Source: Mobula hypostoma (lineage: Eukaryota). Taken from it: 64,000 nt of DNA. The notes beneath the pieces were generated by a model. It was not told the DNA's origin. It worked only from the letters and a program-made list of their open reading frames with translations, and searched no databases. Below, one piece after another: positions 12,624 through 24,449 of this stretch. Position 1 is the first letter of the stretch; every line of letters starts with the position of its first letter. The translations under genes and the position numbers were made by a program. Where the stretch lies: the NCBI RefSeq assembly GCF_963921235.1, contig NC_086108.1:104286001-104350000 (forward strand), in the 5' to 3' direction.

Positions 12624-12724
12624 TGCTCTGGATTTCCAGCACCTGCAGAAACCCTTGTGTTAACAAATTTCATTTCATCTAATTCAGTGATAGTAAACGT
12701 GATTCTGATTTTTCTCAGTACCCT

Positions 12725-12856
12725 GCTGATGTCCTGACGAAGGGTCTCGGCCCGAAATGTCAGCTCTTCATTCCTCTCCATTGATGCTGCCTGGCCTGCT
12801 GAGTTCCTCCAGCGTTTTGCAGAGCGGTTACTCTGGATTTCCAGCATCTGCAGAAT
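12725..12856 (+). mobile_element. PLE terminal module with hammerhead core
   Basis: gtc-CTGACGA-agggtctcggccc-GAAA-tgtc followed by the family tail; stem I poorly paired. Confidence 0.75.
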
Positions 12857-13594
12857 GTGGAAATGATGCTTAATGAATAGATTTTCTTGATAATTGGGTG
12901 CATTTCTATTAATACCCTCACACAATTTTAATTGACGATAATCTTGGAGTTACATAGATTTGTATTGGATATCTCATCATATGTCAGTGATAAAATTGGA
13001 ATTGGAATTGGTTTATTATTGTCACATGTACTGAGATACAGTGAAAAGCTTGTATTGTATACTGTCATAGAACATAGCACAGAAACAGGCCCTTCAGCCC
13101 ATCTATATTGTTTATCCAGATCAGATCTAATTCTAATTCTGATAACTTACATCCAAATATTTTATTGCTGACCTGTGCACCAACTCAGGTTACCAACCCA
13201 AGTTCATATTCATGGCTTCTTAAGGCATAGATGAGGCCATTTCACCCATCGAGTCAATGCTAGCTTTCAGACCAATCCCATAAGTCTCATTGCTCCCAGT
13301 TCTTTCTCTGTGATCTATACTCAGCTCATCAATCTTCCTTATTTCTTCTACTTCTTGCCCACATGTGGGGGGTGGCGGTGGTATTAACAGTGGACAATTA
13401 GCCTACCAACCAGCACATCATTAGGAACGGGAAGTAACCAGAGATCCGGGGAGAAATTCATTTTGTAACACTTTAAGTTTAAGATTATTGACACTTAATC
13501 GTACACATGTATGCCACCAAATGAGACAACGTTTCTCCAGACCAAGTGCACAGCACACTACATATAACTCATATACATAACACATAAATGGTTA

Positions 13595-13850
13595 CTTCCT
13601 GTCACAGTACTGGTGTTTAGGTCAGCAATTGTTTTTTGACCAGTCAGGGTTGTTAGCCCTGAACTGAATCTCTGAACCTGGAGGACTGGTGGACCATTCT
13701 TAGTCTGGCCTCTACCCTTTGACCTGTTTGGCATGGGTTACCCTACCAAGGGCCAAAGCACAAAGCCCTGACTCCAAATGGCATAGTTCTCTAGGTCATT
13801 GAGGCACACAAGCCTCCAAATGATGATGAGGTTGTGATCCTCTTGGAGGA
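13595..13850 (-). mobile_element. RTE-derived non-autonomous retroposon (same family as 9404-10045)
   Basis: Reverse complement aligns with 9404-9522 plus 9762-9860 without the LTR. Confidence 0.75.
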
Positions 13851-14174
13851 AAGTACATATATAATAAAAGTTAAAGAGTAAACAGTATAATGCCACTGGT
13901 GTTTCATACATGATGAGACCTGGGTGGTGGTAGGGAGTTCAGTAGTTATTTCACTGTATGTTTCGAGGTACAGGTGTCGAATAAAAGCTGGCCTCATTAT
14001 GGCAATAGAGGCCATGGCCAGATATGTCAGAATGGGAAGGGGAAGTTGAATTGAAATGGGTAGCCGCCTTCACTCTGTGCACCGCAAAAGGCAGGGTCTC
14101 TCGGTGGTTACGTATTCTTATCAGCATCTGCAGAATCTCATGTGTTTATTAGTTGTTATAACCCAGTAATGTAT

Positions 14175-14666
14175 CGGAATCAGCTTTATTATCATCGGCA
14201 TGTGACATGAAATTTGGTTAACTTAGCAGTAGTACAATGTACATAATGTAGGAGAAAAAATTAAATAAATAAGTAAATCAATCACAGTATACATATATTG
14301 AATAGATTAAAAGTCGTGCAAAAACCAGAAATACTGTATATTAAAAAAAGTGAGGTAGTGTCCAAAGATTCAATGTCCATTTAGGAATTAGATGGCAGAT
14401 GGGAAGAAGCTGTTCCTGAATCGCTGAGTGTGTGCCTTCAGGATTCTGTACCTCCTACCTGCTGGTAACAGTGAGAAAAGGGCATGCCCTGGGTGCTGGA
14501 GGTCCTTATTAATGGATGCTGCCTTTCTGAGACACCGCTCCCTGAAGATGTCCTGGGTACTTTGTAGGCTAATACCCAAGATGGAGCTGACTAGACTTAC
14601 AAACCTCTGCAGCTTCTTTCGGTCCTGTGCAGTAGCTCCTCCATACCAGACAGTGATGCAGCCTGT
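14175..14666 (-). mobile_element. Rex1/Babar LINE 3' end
   Basis: ORF 14388-14669 TGCITVWYG...HPGHALFSLLPAGRRYR...FRNSFFPSAI. Confidence 0.85.
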
Positions 14667-15094
14667 CACCGCAGTGACACCCCATGTTTCTTGACACAGT
14701 TGGACTTAGAATGATTAACTTTGTTTTTTTTGTGAAAAAGAAGTTCTACCAGCTGCCAACTTATCACATCAATGATTTGGATGAAAATGTAGATGGATGG
14801 ATTAGCAAGTGTGTGGACCTCAAGACTGGTGGAGTACCCACGAACACAGCCAAGAGAAATAGGGTTCCCCCGGGGCCAAGGCGCAAAACACAGTACCAAC
14901 AGTCACACACAGCTCATGGCAGAGATAGCACATATAAAACAGCAAGTAAACACACAGTCACACGCAAAAAATACAATATATATCGGTGTTACAGCAAGAA
15001 CAAGCAGGTCACAGCAGTCCACAGATGAAAGTATGCACACACGACATATGCAGTCCAGCTTGTTTTGGCCTGGGATGTGGCAGATGGAGTTTAA

Positions 15095-17160
15095 CATAGA
15101 AACATAGAAAATAGGTGCAGGAGTAGGCCATTCGGCCCTTCGAGCCTGCACCGACATTTATTATGATCATGGCTGATCATCCAACCCAGAACCCTGCCCC
15201 AGCCTTCCCTCCATACCCCCTGACCCCCGTAGCCACAAGGGCCATATCTAACTCCCTCTTAAATATAGCCAATGAATTGGCCTCAACTGTTTCCTGTGGC
15301 AGAGAATTCCACAGATTCACCACTCTCTGTGTGAAGAAGTTTTTCCTAATCTCGGTCCTAAAAGGCTTCCCCTTTATCCTCAAACTGTGACCCCTTGTTC
15401 TGGACTTCCCCAACATCGGGAACAATCTTCCTGCATCTAGCCTGTCCAATCCCTTTAGGATTTTATACGTTTCAATCAGATCCCCCCTCAATCTTCTAAA
15501 TTCCAACGAGTACAAGCCCAGTTCATCCAGTCTTTCTTCATATGAAAGTCCTGCCATCCCAGGAATCAATCTGGTGAACCTTCTTTGTACTCCCTCTATG
15601 GCAGGGATGTCTTTCCTCAGATTAGGGGACCACAACTGCACACAATACTCCAGGTGTGGTCTCACCGAGGCCTTGTACAACTGCAGTAGTACCTCCCTGC
15701 TCCTGTACTCGAATCCTCTTGCTATAAATGCCAGCATACCATTTGCCTTTTTCACCGCCTGCTGTACCTGCATGCCCACTTTCAATGACTGGTGTTTAAT
15801 GACACCCAGGTCTCGTTGCACCTCCCCTTTTCCTAATCGGCCACCATTCAGATAATAATCTGTTTTCCTATTTTTGCCACCAAAGTGGATAACTTCACAT
15901 TTATCCACATTAAATTGCATCTGCCAAGAATTTGCCCACTCACCCAACCTATCCAAGTCACCCTGCATCCTCTTAGCATCCTCCTCACAGCTAACACTGC
16001 CACCCAGCTTCGTGTCATCCGCAAACTTGGAGATGCTGCATTTAATTCCCTCATCCAAGTCATTAATATATATTGTAAACAACTGGGGTCCCAGCACTGA
16101 GCCTTGCGGTACCCCACTAGTCACCGCCTGCCATTCTGAAAAGGTCCCGTTTATTCCCACTCTTTGCTTCCTGTCTGCTAACCAATTCTCTATCCACATC
16201 AATACCTTACCCCCAATACCGTGTGCTTTAAGTTTGCACACTAATCTCCTGTGTGGGACCTTGTCAAAAGCCTTTTGAAAATCCAAATATACCACATCCA
16301 CTGGTTCTCCCCTATCCACTCTACTAGTTACATCCTCAAAAAATTCTATGAGATTCGTCAGACATGATTTTCCTTTCACAAATCCATGCTGACTTTGTCC
16401 GATCATTTCACCGCTTTCCAAATGTGCTGTTATCACATCTTTGATAACTGACTCCAGCAGTTTCCCCACCACCGACGTTAGGCTAACCGGTCTATAATTC
16501 CCCGGTTTCTCTCTCCCTCCTTTTTTAAAAAGTGGGGTTACATTAGCCACCCTCCAATCCTCAGGAACTAGTCCAGAATCTAACGAGTTTTGAAAAATTA
16601 TCACTAATGCATCCACTATTTCTTGGGCTACTTCCTTAAGCACTCTGGGATGCAGACCATCTGGCCCTGGGGATTTATTTGCCTTCAATCCCTTCAATTT
16701 ACCTAGCACCACTTCCCTACTAACATGTATTTCGCTCAGTTCCTCCATCTCACTGGACCCTCTGTCCCCTACTATTTCTGGAAGATTATTTATGTCCTCC
16801 TTAGTGAAGACAGAACCAAAGTAATTATTCAATTGGTCTGCCATGTCCTTGCTCCCCATAATCAATTCACCTGTTTCTGTCTGTAGGGGACCTACAATTG
16901 TCTTTACCAGTCTTTTCCTTTTTACATATCTATAAAAGCTTTTACAGTCAGTTTTTATGTTCCCTGCCAGTTTTCTCTCAAATCTTTTTTCCCCTTCCTA
17001 ATTAAGCCCTTTGTCCTCCTCTGCTGAACTCTGAATTTCTTCCAGTCCTCAGGTGAGCCACTTTCTCTGGCTAATTTGTATGCTCCTTCTTTGGAATTGA
17101 TACTATCCCTAATTTCTCTTGTCAGCCACGGGTGCACTACCTTCCTTGATTTATTCTTTT
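15095..17160 (-). mobile_element. Young 5'-truncated CR1 LINE
   Basis: Uninterrupted 562-aa RT ORF, (tttctatg) tail; sits inside an older CR1 between WQMEFN and PDKC. Confidence 0.95.
15177..16865 (-). CDS. CR1 ORF2 reverse transcriptase domain (partial, open frame)
   Basis: KSPGPDG, GNYRPVSLTS, YLDFQKAFDKV, SGVPQGSVLGP and FADD motifs. Confidence 0.9.
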   Translation of the reverse strand: MIMGSKDMADQLNNYFGSVFTKEDINNLPEIVGDRGSSEMEELSEIHVSREVVLGKLKGLKANKSPGPDGLHPRVLKEVAQEIVDALVIIFQNSLDSGLVPEDWRVANVTPLFKKGGREKPGNYRPVSLTSVVGKLLESVIKDVITAHLESGEMIGQSQHGFVKGKSCLTNLIEFFEDVTSRVDRGEPVDVVYLDFQKAFDKVPHRRLVCKLKAHGIGGKVLMWIENWLADRKQRVGINGTFSEWQAVTSGVPQGSVLGPQLFTIYINDLDEGIKCSISKFADDTKLGGSVSCEEDAKRMQGDLDRLGEWANSWQMQFNVDKCEVIHFGGKNRKTDYYLNGGRLGKGEVQRDLGVIKHQSLKVGMQVQQAVKKANGMLAFIARGFEYRSREVLLQLYKASVRPHLEYCVQLWSPNLRKDIPAIEGVQRRFTRLIPGMAGLSYEERLDELGLYSLEFRRLRGDLIETYKILKGLDRLDAGRLFPMLGKSRTRGHSLRIKGKPFRTEIRKNFFTQRVVNLWNSLPQETVEANSLAIFKRELDMALVATGVRGYGGKAGAGFWVG

Positions 17161-17362
17161 ATTCCTGACAAGTGTGACTTGAAGCACCTTGTAATCTTTG
17201 TTATACAATTCTTGATAGCTTTGGTAAAATTATAATGGAAAGCTCTGCTCCTGGGCATGGTTATCCCATGATACAATGCCTGTGACTGTACACAGTGTCT
17301 CAGGTGAGGTCTGTTAAAGGCCTTGTATAACAATATGTGTGGTGGGATAGAGATTACCAAAG

Positions 17363-17690
17363 GGATGCCTCATTACCAAAGGAGGTGTGAGGCATTCCTG
17401 CCTCTGTGAGCCTGCAGATCACCCTTGGGCAAGGCGTTGTGCCTGTTTAGCCCTGATCAGGGTTATGTGAAGCCATGGGAGTAGCTGGTGCATATCGTGT
17501 CCTGGCTATGCGACCACTGACACCAGGCAGACAATCTCTGAAGAATATTGATAATGGCAGGTGTCACCCATCTCGTAAAGACACTGCCCCGAAGAAGGCG
17601 ATGGCAAACCACTTCTGTAGAAAAATTTCCAAGAACAATCATGGTCATGGAAAGACTACGATCACCCATGTCGTACAACATGGCACATAA
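17363..17690 (+). mobile_element. RTE-related SINE
   Basis: Bov-A-like segment 'gaaggcgatggcaaaccacttctgtag'; second copy at 11455-11622. Confidence 0.6.
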
Positions 17691-18200
17691 TTACAGTGCT
17701 GTATAACAGTATTAAAACTCTTGTATTTTCCAACAAATAATCTTTGACCTGAGATATTACCTGACCAATTGACATTTCCAGAACTTACTGTTTAAATATT
17801 GGATTTCCAATATCTGCAGATCTAACAAAAGAATTTATTTGTTCTCTTTTATACACAAACTCATCATGCCTTTCGCTGTTATGATATTGCTCTCTATTTA
17901 ATGGCCATATTTTTGTGACTAAAATTGTTGACCTCACACTTAATACAGTCACTTCCTCCAAATTTCACTCTTTGCCTCCCACTGCCTAATTAATGCCCTA
18001 ACCTCAGTCTGCTTTGTACTTTCGAAGGCTTTAATGTCAGATAACTGTCTGTTATGTGAAACCTCACTGTATACTTTTTGAGAGCTCAGAACAGGTACAT
18101 TCACTGGCCTTACCCTGCTAGTTTAGTTACTTCCTCAATACATTGAACTAAATTCCTTTGTCATGATCAGCCCTTTACAAATCAAAGTGGACTCTCTCTA

Positions 18201-18413
18201 CACAAACAACAGAAAATCTGCAGATGCTGGAAATCCAAGCAAAACACACAAAATGCTGGAGGAACTCAGCAGGCCAGGTAGCATCTGTGGAAAAGAGTGA
18301 ATAGTTGATGTTTTGGGCCAAGGCTCTTCAGCAGGACTACTGAAAGGTCCTGCCGAAGGGCTTCGGCCCAAAACGTCGACTGTACTCTTTTCCATAGATG
18401 CTGCCTAGTCTAC
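18201..18413. mobile_element. Palindromic non-coding PLE mini-element with two decayed hammerheads
   Basis: 13-bp TSD TGGACTCTCTCTA (18188-18200, 18414-18426); inverted arms. Confidence 0.85.
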
Positions 18414-18630
18414 TGGACTCTCTCTAATCATCTCTGCTTTCTGGAGTACTCTGTCATCCTCCTGGTACTGTTTAGTTACCTTCCTGCAACTATTATCATT
18501 TCTCCCTCCATCTTCTCCCAAATAATGGAATAACTATATTTGCAATCTTCTGATTTAAAGAACCAGTTTTTACTTCAAGAGAATTTTGAAAGATTATGCA
18601 GAAGCAAGGATAAGCAATAGATAGGACACA

Positions 18631-18694
18631 CAGTACTGTATGAAAGTCTTTGACACCTGTAGCTATGGTGCCTAAGACTTTATGCACAGTACTG
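18631..18694. mobile_element. 64-bp Tc1-type mini-MITE (TIRs only)
   Basis: cagtactgtatgaaagtctttgacac ... gtgcctaagactttatgcacagtactg; same TIR as 27645 and 30920-30943. Confidence 0.75.
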
Positions 18695-18944
18695 GATTTG
18701 TCAGCCTAGAGTCAACAGCGAGTTTGTACATCTAGCGGAAGCAAAGGGCGTTGGGAATGGTGTGGGTGGAGTGCCATGGGAGGGTGTGGCACAGGTGACA
18801 GAGCAGTAATGCCAAGGGCAGGGGGTGGTGTGGGAGCGGACACACACTGAGACACCAGGTGAGGTCATTTGATTCCAAACAGTTGGTTTGATAGGTTGAA
18901 ATGAGTTTACTTTAATGTGAGAAGTATTAGCAATAAAGATAGTC

Positions 18945-21900
18945 AGCGTGGCTTTGTAAGGGGAAGTCATGCCTCACAAGCCTGATTAAATTCTCTGAGG
19001 TTGTGACAAAACAAACTGATGAAAGCAGAGCGGTGGATGTGGTGCATATGGATCTTAGTAAAGCACTAGATAAGGTTCCCCTTGGTAGGATCATCCAGAA
19101 AGTCATGAGGCATGGGAAGCATGGAAGCTTGAATATGTGAATTCAAAATTGACTTGTCCAGAGCAGGCAGAGAGTGGTAGTAGAGGGATTGTGTTCTGTC
19201 CGGAGACTGGTGATCAGGTGTGTTCTGCAAGGATCTGTCCTGCTCCTTGTGTTTGTTATCAATGACTTGGATGGGGAAGTGGAAGGGTGGGTTAGTAAGT
19301 TTGCAGGTGGCACAAAAGTTGGTGGAGATGTTGTCATAGGTTACCATGAGGCAGTGACAGGATGCAGACCTGGGCTGAGAAATGGCAGATGGAGTTCCAT
19401 CCAGAAAAGTGTGAAATTATGTTCTTTGTACCAGTGGAGGTGGATGATAATCAATTCAGGGAATGGGACAAATGGATTTCCAGCTTCATTTGGCAAGGAA
19501 GGAAACCTAGAATTCGATATAACACCTTACAGTTAGGGAAGGAAGGAGGAGGTATGGTTCTTCCTTGCCTGAGAAATTATTTTTATGCCTCACAGATAAC
19601 CCCTCTGTTATATTGGTGTAATAGGGAATATAAGGCTAGATGGAAGGAAATAGAATTTGGATTAGTTGACAGTTTTCCTCTTCAGGCCTCAATAGCTGAC
19701 AAAGGATTGATGGCCCAGTTGGAAAAATTTAATAATGCTTGGATAAATCTTACATTAAAAGTATGGCAGAAGGTGGTTAATTCATGTGGAATTAATAACA
19801 TGTTAAAACTCTTTAGATGGTGTGCATATGATTCCGAATTCCTTCCCAACAGAGGAGATAAAAGATTTGAGCTATGGATAAAGAAAGGTCTTACAACCTA
19901 CCTCTCATTTATAGATAAAAGAGTATTACAAAGTTTCCAAATCCTGCAGGACAAACATGGCCTAGAACATAATGACTTTTTTAGGTACCTTCAAATACGA
20001 AACTATGTTAACCAGAGTTGTAGATATACAGACCTATCAACAGTAGAATTAGAATTTTTCAAGATTCTGAATTCGGCTTGCAGTTTAATACCTAGTAAAT
20101 CAGTTTCTCGCCTATATAATGCACTCTCCCATGCTAAAAATGTAAATACACTGTATATTAAAGAGAAGTGGGAGAAAGAAGCGGGGTTGGTACTTTCAGA
20201 GGAGGCTTGGGGGAAAATCTGCAGCTTTCAATGGTCCTCGACTAATTCTTTGACTTGGAGAGAACATTGTTGGAAAAACATTATGAGATACTTCAAGACC
20301 CCATATCAGGAAAAATATAAAGATACAAATGTGATGTGTTGGAGAAGGTGCGGCTCCAAGGAGGCAAATCATTTTCATATTTTCTGGGATTGCCCTAAAT
20401 TAAGTCTATTTTGGGAAGGTATTCATAGAACATTAGTTAAGGTACTTAGGTCCCAGATACCTCTGAATTTTGAGACGCTCTATTTGGGGCATGTATTGTT
20501 CCTTGAACAGAAGGAAGATATAAAGTTGCTGCAGGCCCTCTTAGCGGCAAGTAAGAAATCAATCACTAGAAAATGGCTAAATCCAATACCACCTACATTA
20601 GAAGATTGGTACGAAATTATCTTGGAAATATTTAAAATGGAAAAGTTGACTTACTCCCTGAGAACTCAAAAAGAAACATTTTATCAAATCTGGAATAAAT
20701 GGATTGAATATATAACCCCAATGCGAGCAGACTTTAGATGACTCTCCTAATAATTTATATTGCTCTTCTCATCAACACAGTAATATTGCTAACGTAAGCA
20801 CCCCTAGTCTAAATGTTTGTTTTTTTTTGGAAAATAGAGAATTAACACAAGTAAAGGGAAAGATTTGGGAAAGGGATAAAAAAAAAATGAAAAAAATTAA
20901 GTAAATAAGTACATAGGGATTGGATAATTATGTCTGCGGGCAGGAACAAGCACGAACAAATTGGGATATAAACACCTACAATGGTTGGTATATAGGCTTG
21001 TATGCAACATTTTGGACCAGTGGAAATGGTCCAGAAGGGTTGTATGGAAACTATTATTACCATTTTTCTTAACAACTAATTTCATTACTTAGCCTAATAG
21101 GTTAGATTTACCACAGTACATAATTATCTATTTAAATGTTTATTTTGCTTTTATATCATCTCAATGTGTACTTAAGAATGTATAAATAATTGTAGTTTTA
21201 TACATATAAAAAAATGGAAAATGTTATATGTGTGAAAAAAGTACATGATAATTGTGAATTCCTTATCCAAATAAAAATAACATTAAAAAAAAGAGAAATT
21301 ATGTTCTTTGGAAGACTGACCTTAAAGGGTACAGAGTTAATGGCAGGCTTCCTAATGATGTGGAGGAACAGAGGGATCTTAGGGTCCAAGTCAATAGACC
21401 CCTCAAAGATGTTGTACAAGTTGATAGGATGGATAAGAAGGCATACTGTGTATTGGCCTTCATTATTCTGGGGTCTGAGTTCAAGAGGTGCTAGATAATG
21501 TTGTAGTTTTATAAAACTTTGGTTAGACCACACTTGGAATATTATGGTTTCCTCATTATAGGAAGCTTTATTGAAGGAACAGAGGTGATTTATCAGGATG
21601 CTGCTTAGATTAGACTGCACTTCTTATGAGGATAGATTGAGCAAGCTAGGGCTTTTCTCTTTGGAGTGTATAGGGGATGAGAGGTGACTTGATGGAGGTG
21701 TATAGGATTATGAGAGGCATAGATCGAGCTAACAGCTAGCACTTTTTTCATTGGGCTACAATGGCTGGTACCAGAGGACAATCTTTTAAGGTGAGTGGAA
21801 GATATTTTAGGGGAGATATCAGAGGTACGTTTCTTACACAGAGAATGGTAGATGCCGGGAATACACCGACAGAAATGTTGCTAGAGGTGACAATATTAGA

Positions 21901-22015
21901 GACATCTAAGCGAATCTTAGATGGGCAGGTGGATGTAAGAAAATTACAGGATCATGGGCTGCGTGGGACAGAAGGTTTAGATCATGGAGTAGGTTTATAC
22001 ATTAACTTAAGAGGG
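18945..22015 (+). mobile_element. Old degenerate CR1 RT split by an L1 insertion
   Basis: GVLQGSVL-like and SKFAGGTKVGG motifs, WAEKWQMEF before the L1; LVRPHLEY and FLTQRMVDA after it. Confidence 0.8.
19429..21294 (+). mobile_element. 5'-truncated L1/Tx1-clade LINE with open ORF2 C-terminus, 3' UTR and poly(A)
   Basis: 16-bp TSD GAAATTATGTTCTTTG (19413-19428, 21295-21310); FIWQGRKPRI, GGMVLP, zinc knuckle CWRRCG...HIFWDCP; AATAAA then A-run. Confidence 0.93.
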
Positions 22016-22129
22016 TGAGTGACTACTTACTGGTGGTTAACAAAACGATAAACATCACTAAATACTTTATTAATAACACTTTTTTTGTAAATAGTTATGT
22101 TAACCAATCACCACAAACAATGAGGAGGT

Positions 22130-22820
22130 GAGCAAAGGCAAGGTTGAGTTGAGAGTTGAAGCATGCAGGTCTGAGGCAAAGTCAGGGTGAAGTCGAGGCA
22201 TATTCGAGGCGAGTGGAGTGATGAAAAGTTGGAGAAGAAGAGAATCAGATTCGGGGCCTGTCCACCTAAAATGAGAACCAGTTTTGATCGATCTAATTGC
22301 TGGGCCAATTTGGAAAGGTTGGGAACAGGCTGAAACATGGTGGCTGGGTCCAGGCCCAGAATGTATTGATGCAACAAGGCCTGGGTCATTTGGATTGAAA
22401 AGGCAGGGTGCCAGGACCAGAGGCGAAGGTCGGGCCAGTTCTGCTCATTGCTCTGTGACGTTTACTCTGCTCTTTGCTGTACTGGTGCTGAGACTGTGGC
22501 CCTGCTCCGGCAACTGTGGGCTTTGTGTCGTGGGCTCCACGACATTTACTCCGCTATGTGCTGAACCCAGGCTGAGGCTGTGGCCTGCTCTAGGCTTCAT
22601 GACAGAGGACTCACTTTCACTCTGATTGCTGTTTGCTTACTTTTATTACTTGCATGATTTGTTTTTTCCCTCTCTCTACACACTGGGCGTCTGTCAGTTT
22701 TCTTTTTTACTTGATGGGTTCTTTTGGGTTTCTTGTTTTGTGGCTGCCTGCTGGATCTCAAGGTTGTATAAGGTATACATACAGGTACTTTGATAAATAA
22801 GTGTACTTTGAACTTTAAAC
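22130..22820 (+). mobile_element. Non-coding non-autonomous retroposon with (ttgaac)-like tail
   Basis: Tail 'tgtactttgaactttaaac' and internal direct repeat 'acgtttactctgct...ctgagactgtggcctgctc'. Confidence 0.5.
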
Positions 22821-23451
22821 TATATGTTAGACCACAGACATAGGAGGAGAATCAGGCCATTTGGCTCATTAACTCTGCTCCACCATTCAATCATGGCTGA
22901 TTTATTATCCCTCTCAACCCATTCTTCTGCCTTCTCCCTGTAACCTTTGACACATTTACCATGGATTGAAGGGTCCATACTGTTCTATGTTCTGTGTTCT
23001 GTGTTTTATATTCTATGTTCTACAATATATTGGTAAATCTTCTGCAATTTCCCCACCTCCATCCATTAACACCCTGGGGCCGAAACCATCAGTCTCCAGT
23101 GATTTCCCAGACTTTGGTGCCAGTATGAAATTAATGAACAGACACGAGCATTTAGTGGAAATTTGTGATAGAAACAGGAAATACTGGTAAAACCACTGCA
23201 GGTCAGGCAACATCTGTGGAGGGAGAATCAGAATTAATGTTTGAGGCTGAGAACTTCATTAGAACTGGATAAGATGAAGCAAGTTAGCTTTAAGTGAAGG
23301 TGGGAGAGAGTTCGACAGGATAAAGAGAAGATTTCTGATAGGTTGAAGTTAGGCTTGCTGCGATGATAATCTGTTGGTGAAATTTAATTGAAGTAAGAGA
23401 GCAACGCACATCCGTGCTGTTGGGAATGGATCGAATCTTGAGCTCACAATC

Positions 23452-24075
23452 CAGAAACACAAGAGATTCTGCAGATACTAGAAATCCCAAGTGACACACA
23501 CAAAATGCTGGAGAAACTCAGCAGGTCGGGCAGCATCTATGGGGAGGAATAAACAGTCAGCATTTCGGACTGAGACCCTTCATCAGGAATGGAAAGGAAG
23601 GGGGAAAGAAGCCAGAATAAGGTGGTAGGGGGAGGATAAGCAGGATAAACTAGAAGGTGATAGGTGAAGCCAGGTGAGAGGGCAGTTGGGTGGGTGGGGA
23701 TAGGGGGATGAAGTGAGAATCTGGGAGGTGGAAAAGGTAAAGGGCTGAAGAAGAAAGAATCTGATAGGAGAGGAGGGTGGACCATGGGGGCAAGGAAGTG
23801 AGAAAGGGCAGCAGAGGGAGATGAAGGGCAGGTAAGGTGAAGAGAAGGGGTGAGGGGTTGCAGAGAGGGGAATTGAAGAGAGGGAAGGTGGAGAGGATAA
23901 TATTACTGGAAGCTGGAAAAGTTGATATTCATGATGCAATCAGGTTGGAGGCCAGCCAGATGGAATATGGGGTGTTGCTCTTCCAACCTGAGAGTGGCCT
24001 CACAGTGGCAATAGAGGAGGCCATGGACTGACGTGCTGGAATGGGACGGGGGTTTGGAATTAAAATGGTTGCCCA
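23452..24075 (-). mobile_element. Older Penelope-like element 3' part
   Basis: Diverged match to 5450-6045 including hammerhead CTGATGAagggtctcagtccGAAA (23555-23590, minus) and the endonuclease C-terminus. Confidence 0.85.
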
Positions 24076-24449
24076 CCATGACTCCGTCCTACTCATACAC
24101 ACACAGACAGTCTTCCAGCCCAAGGACGGGTTACCTCCGGATCTTAAGCCTCTAGTGGCCTTGCAGGCTCACATATCCGGGCCCTTGGCCATGGGGCCTC
24201 GAAGGTTGATCAGTTCTATGATCTATGTACTTGAAGCCTGGATAGAGGCTAGATCACTGTAAAACTGTACATTTTCAAGTTTTTATTCATTTAATAGATC
24301 CAATAATATCCTTCTTCATCCGACACAATCAGGAAAGCTCACCAGCACCTCTACTTTTTGAGGAAGGCTGGACTATGCACATCTATACTCACGTTCTTCT
24401 ACAGATGCATGGTGGAGAGCATCCTAACATGCTGCATTTTGCATGGTAC

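Noticed and set aside
15177..16865. Possible domesticated reverse transcriptase gene
   Set aside because: 5'-truncated, frameshifted just upstream and retaining the CR1 tail; the open frame is explained by young age
17380..17460. Possible HDV-like ribozyme at the head of the RTE-related SINE (GGGCAA...hairpin...TTAG)
   Set aside because: I could not build P1, P3/L3 and P1.1 in the required order; only simple hairpins are supported
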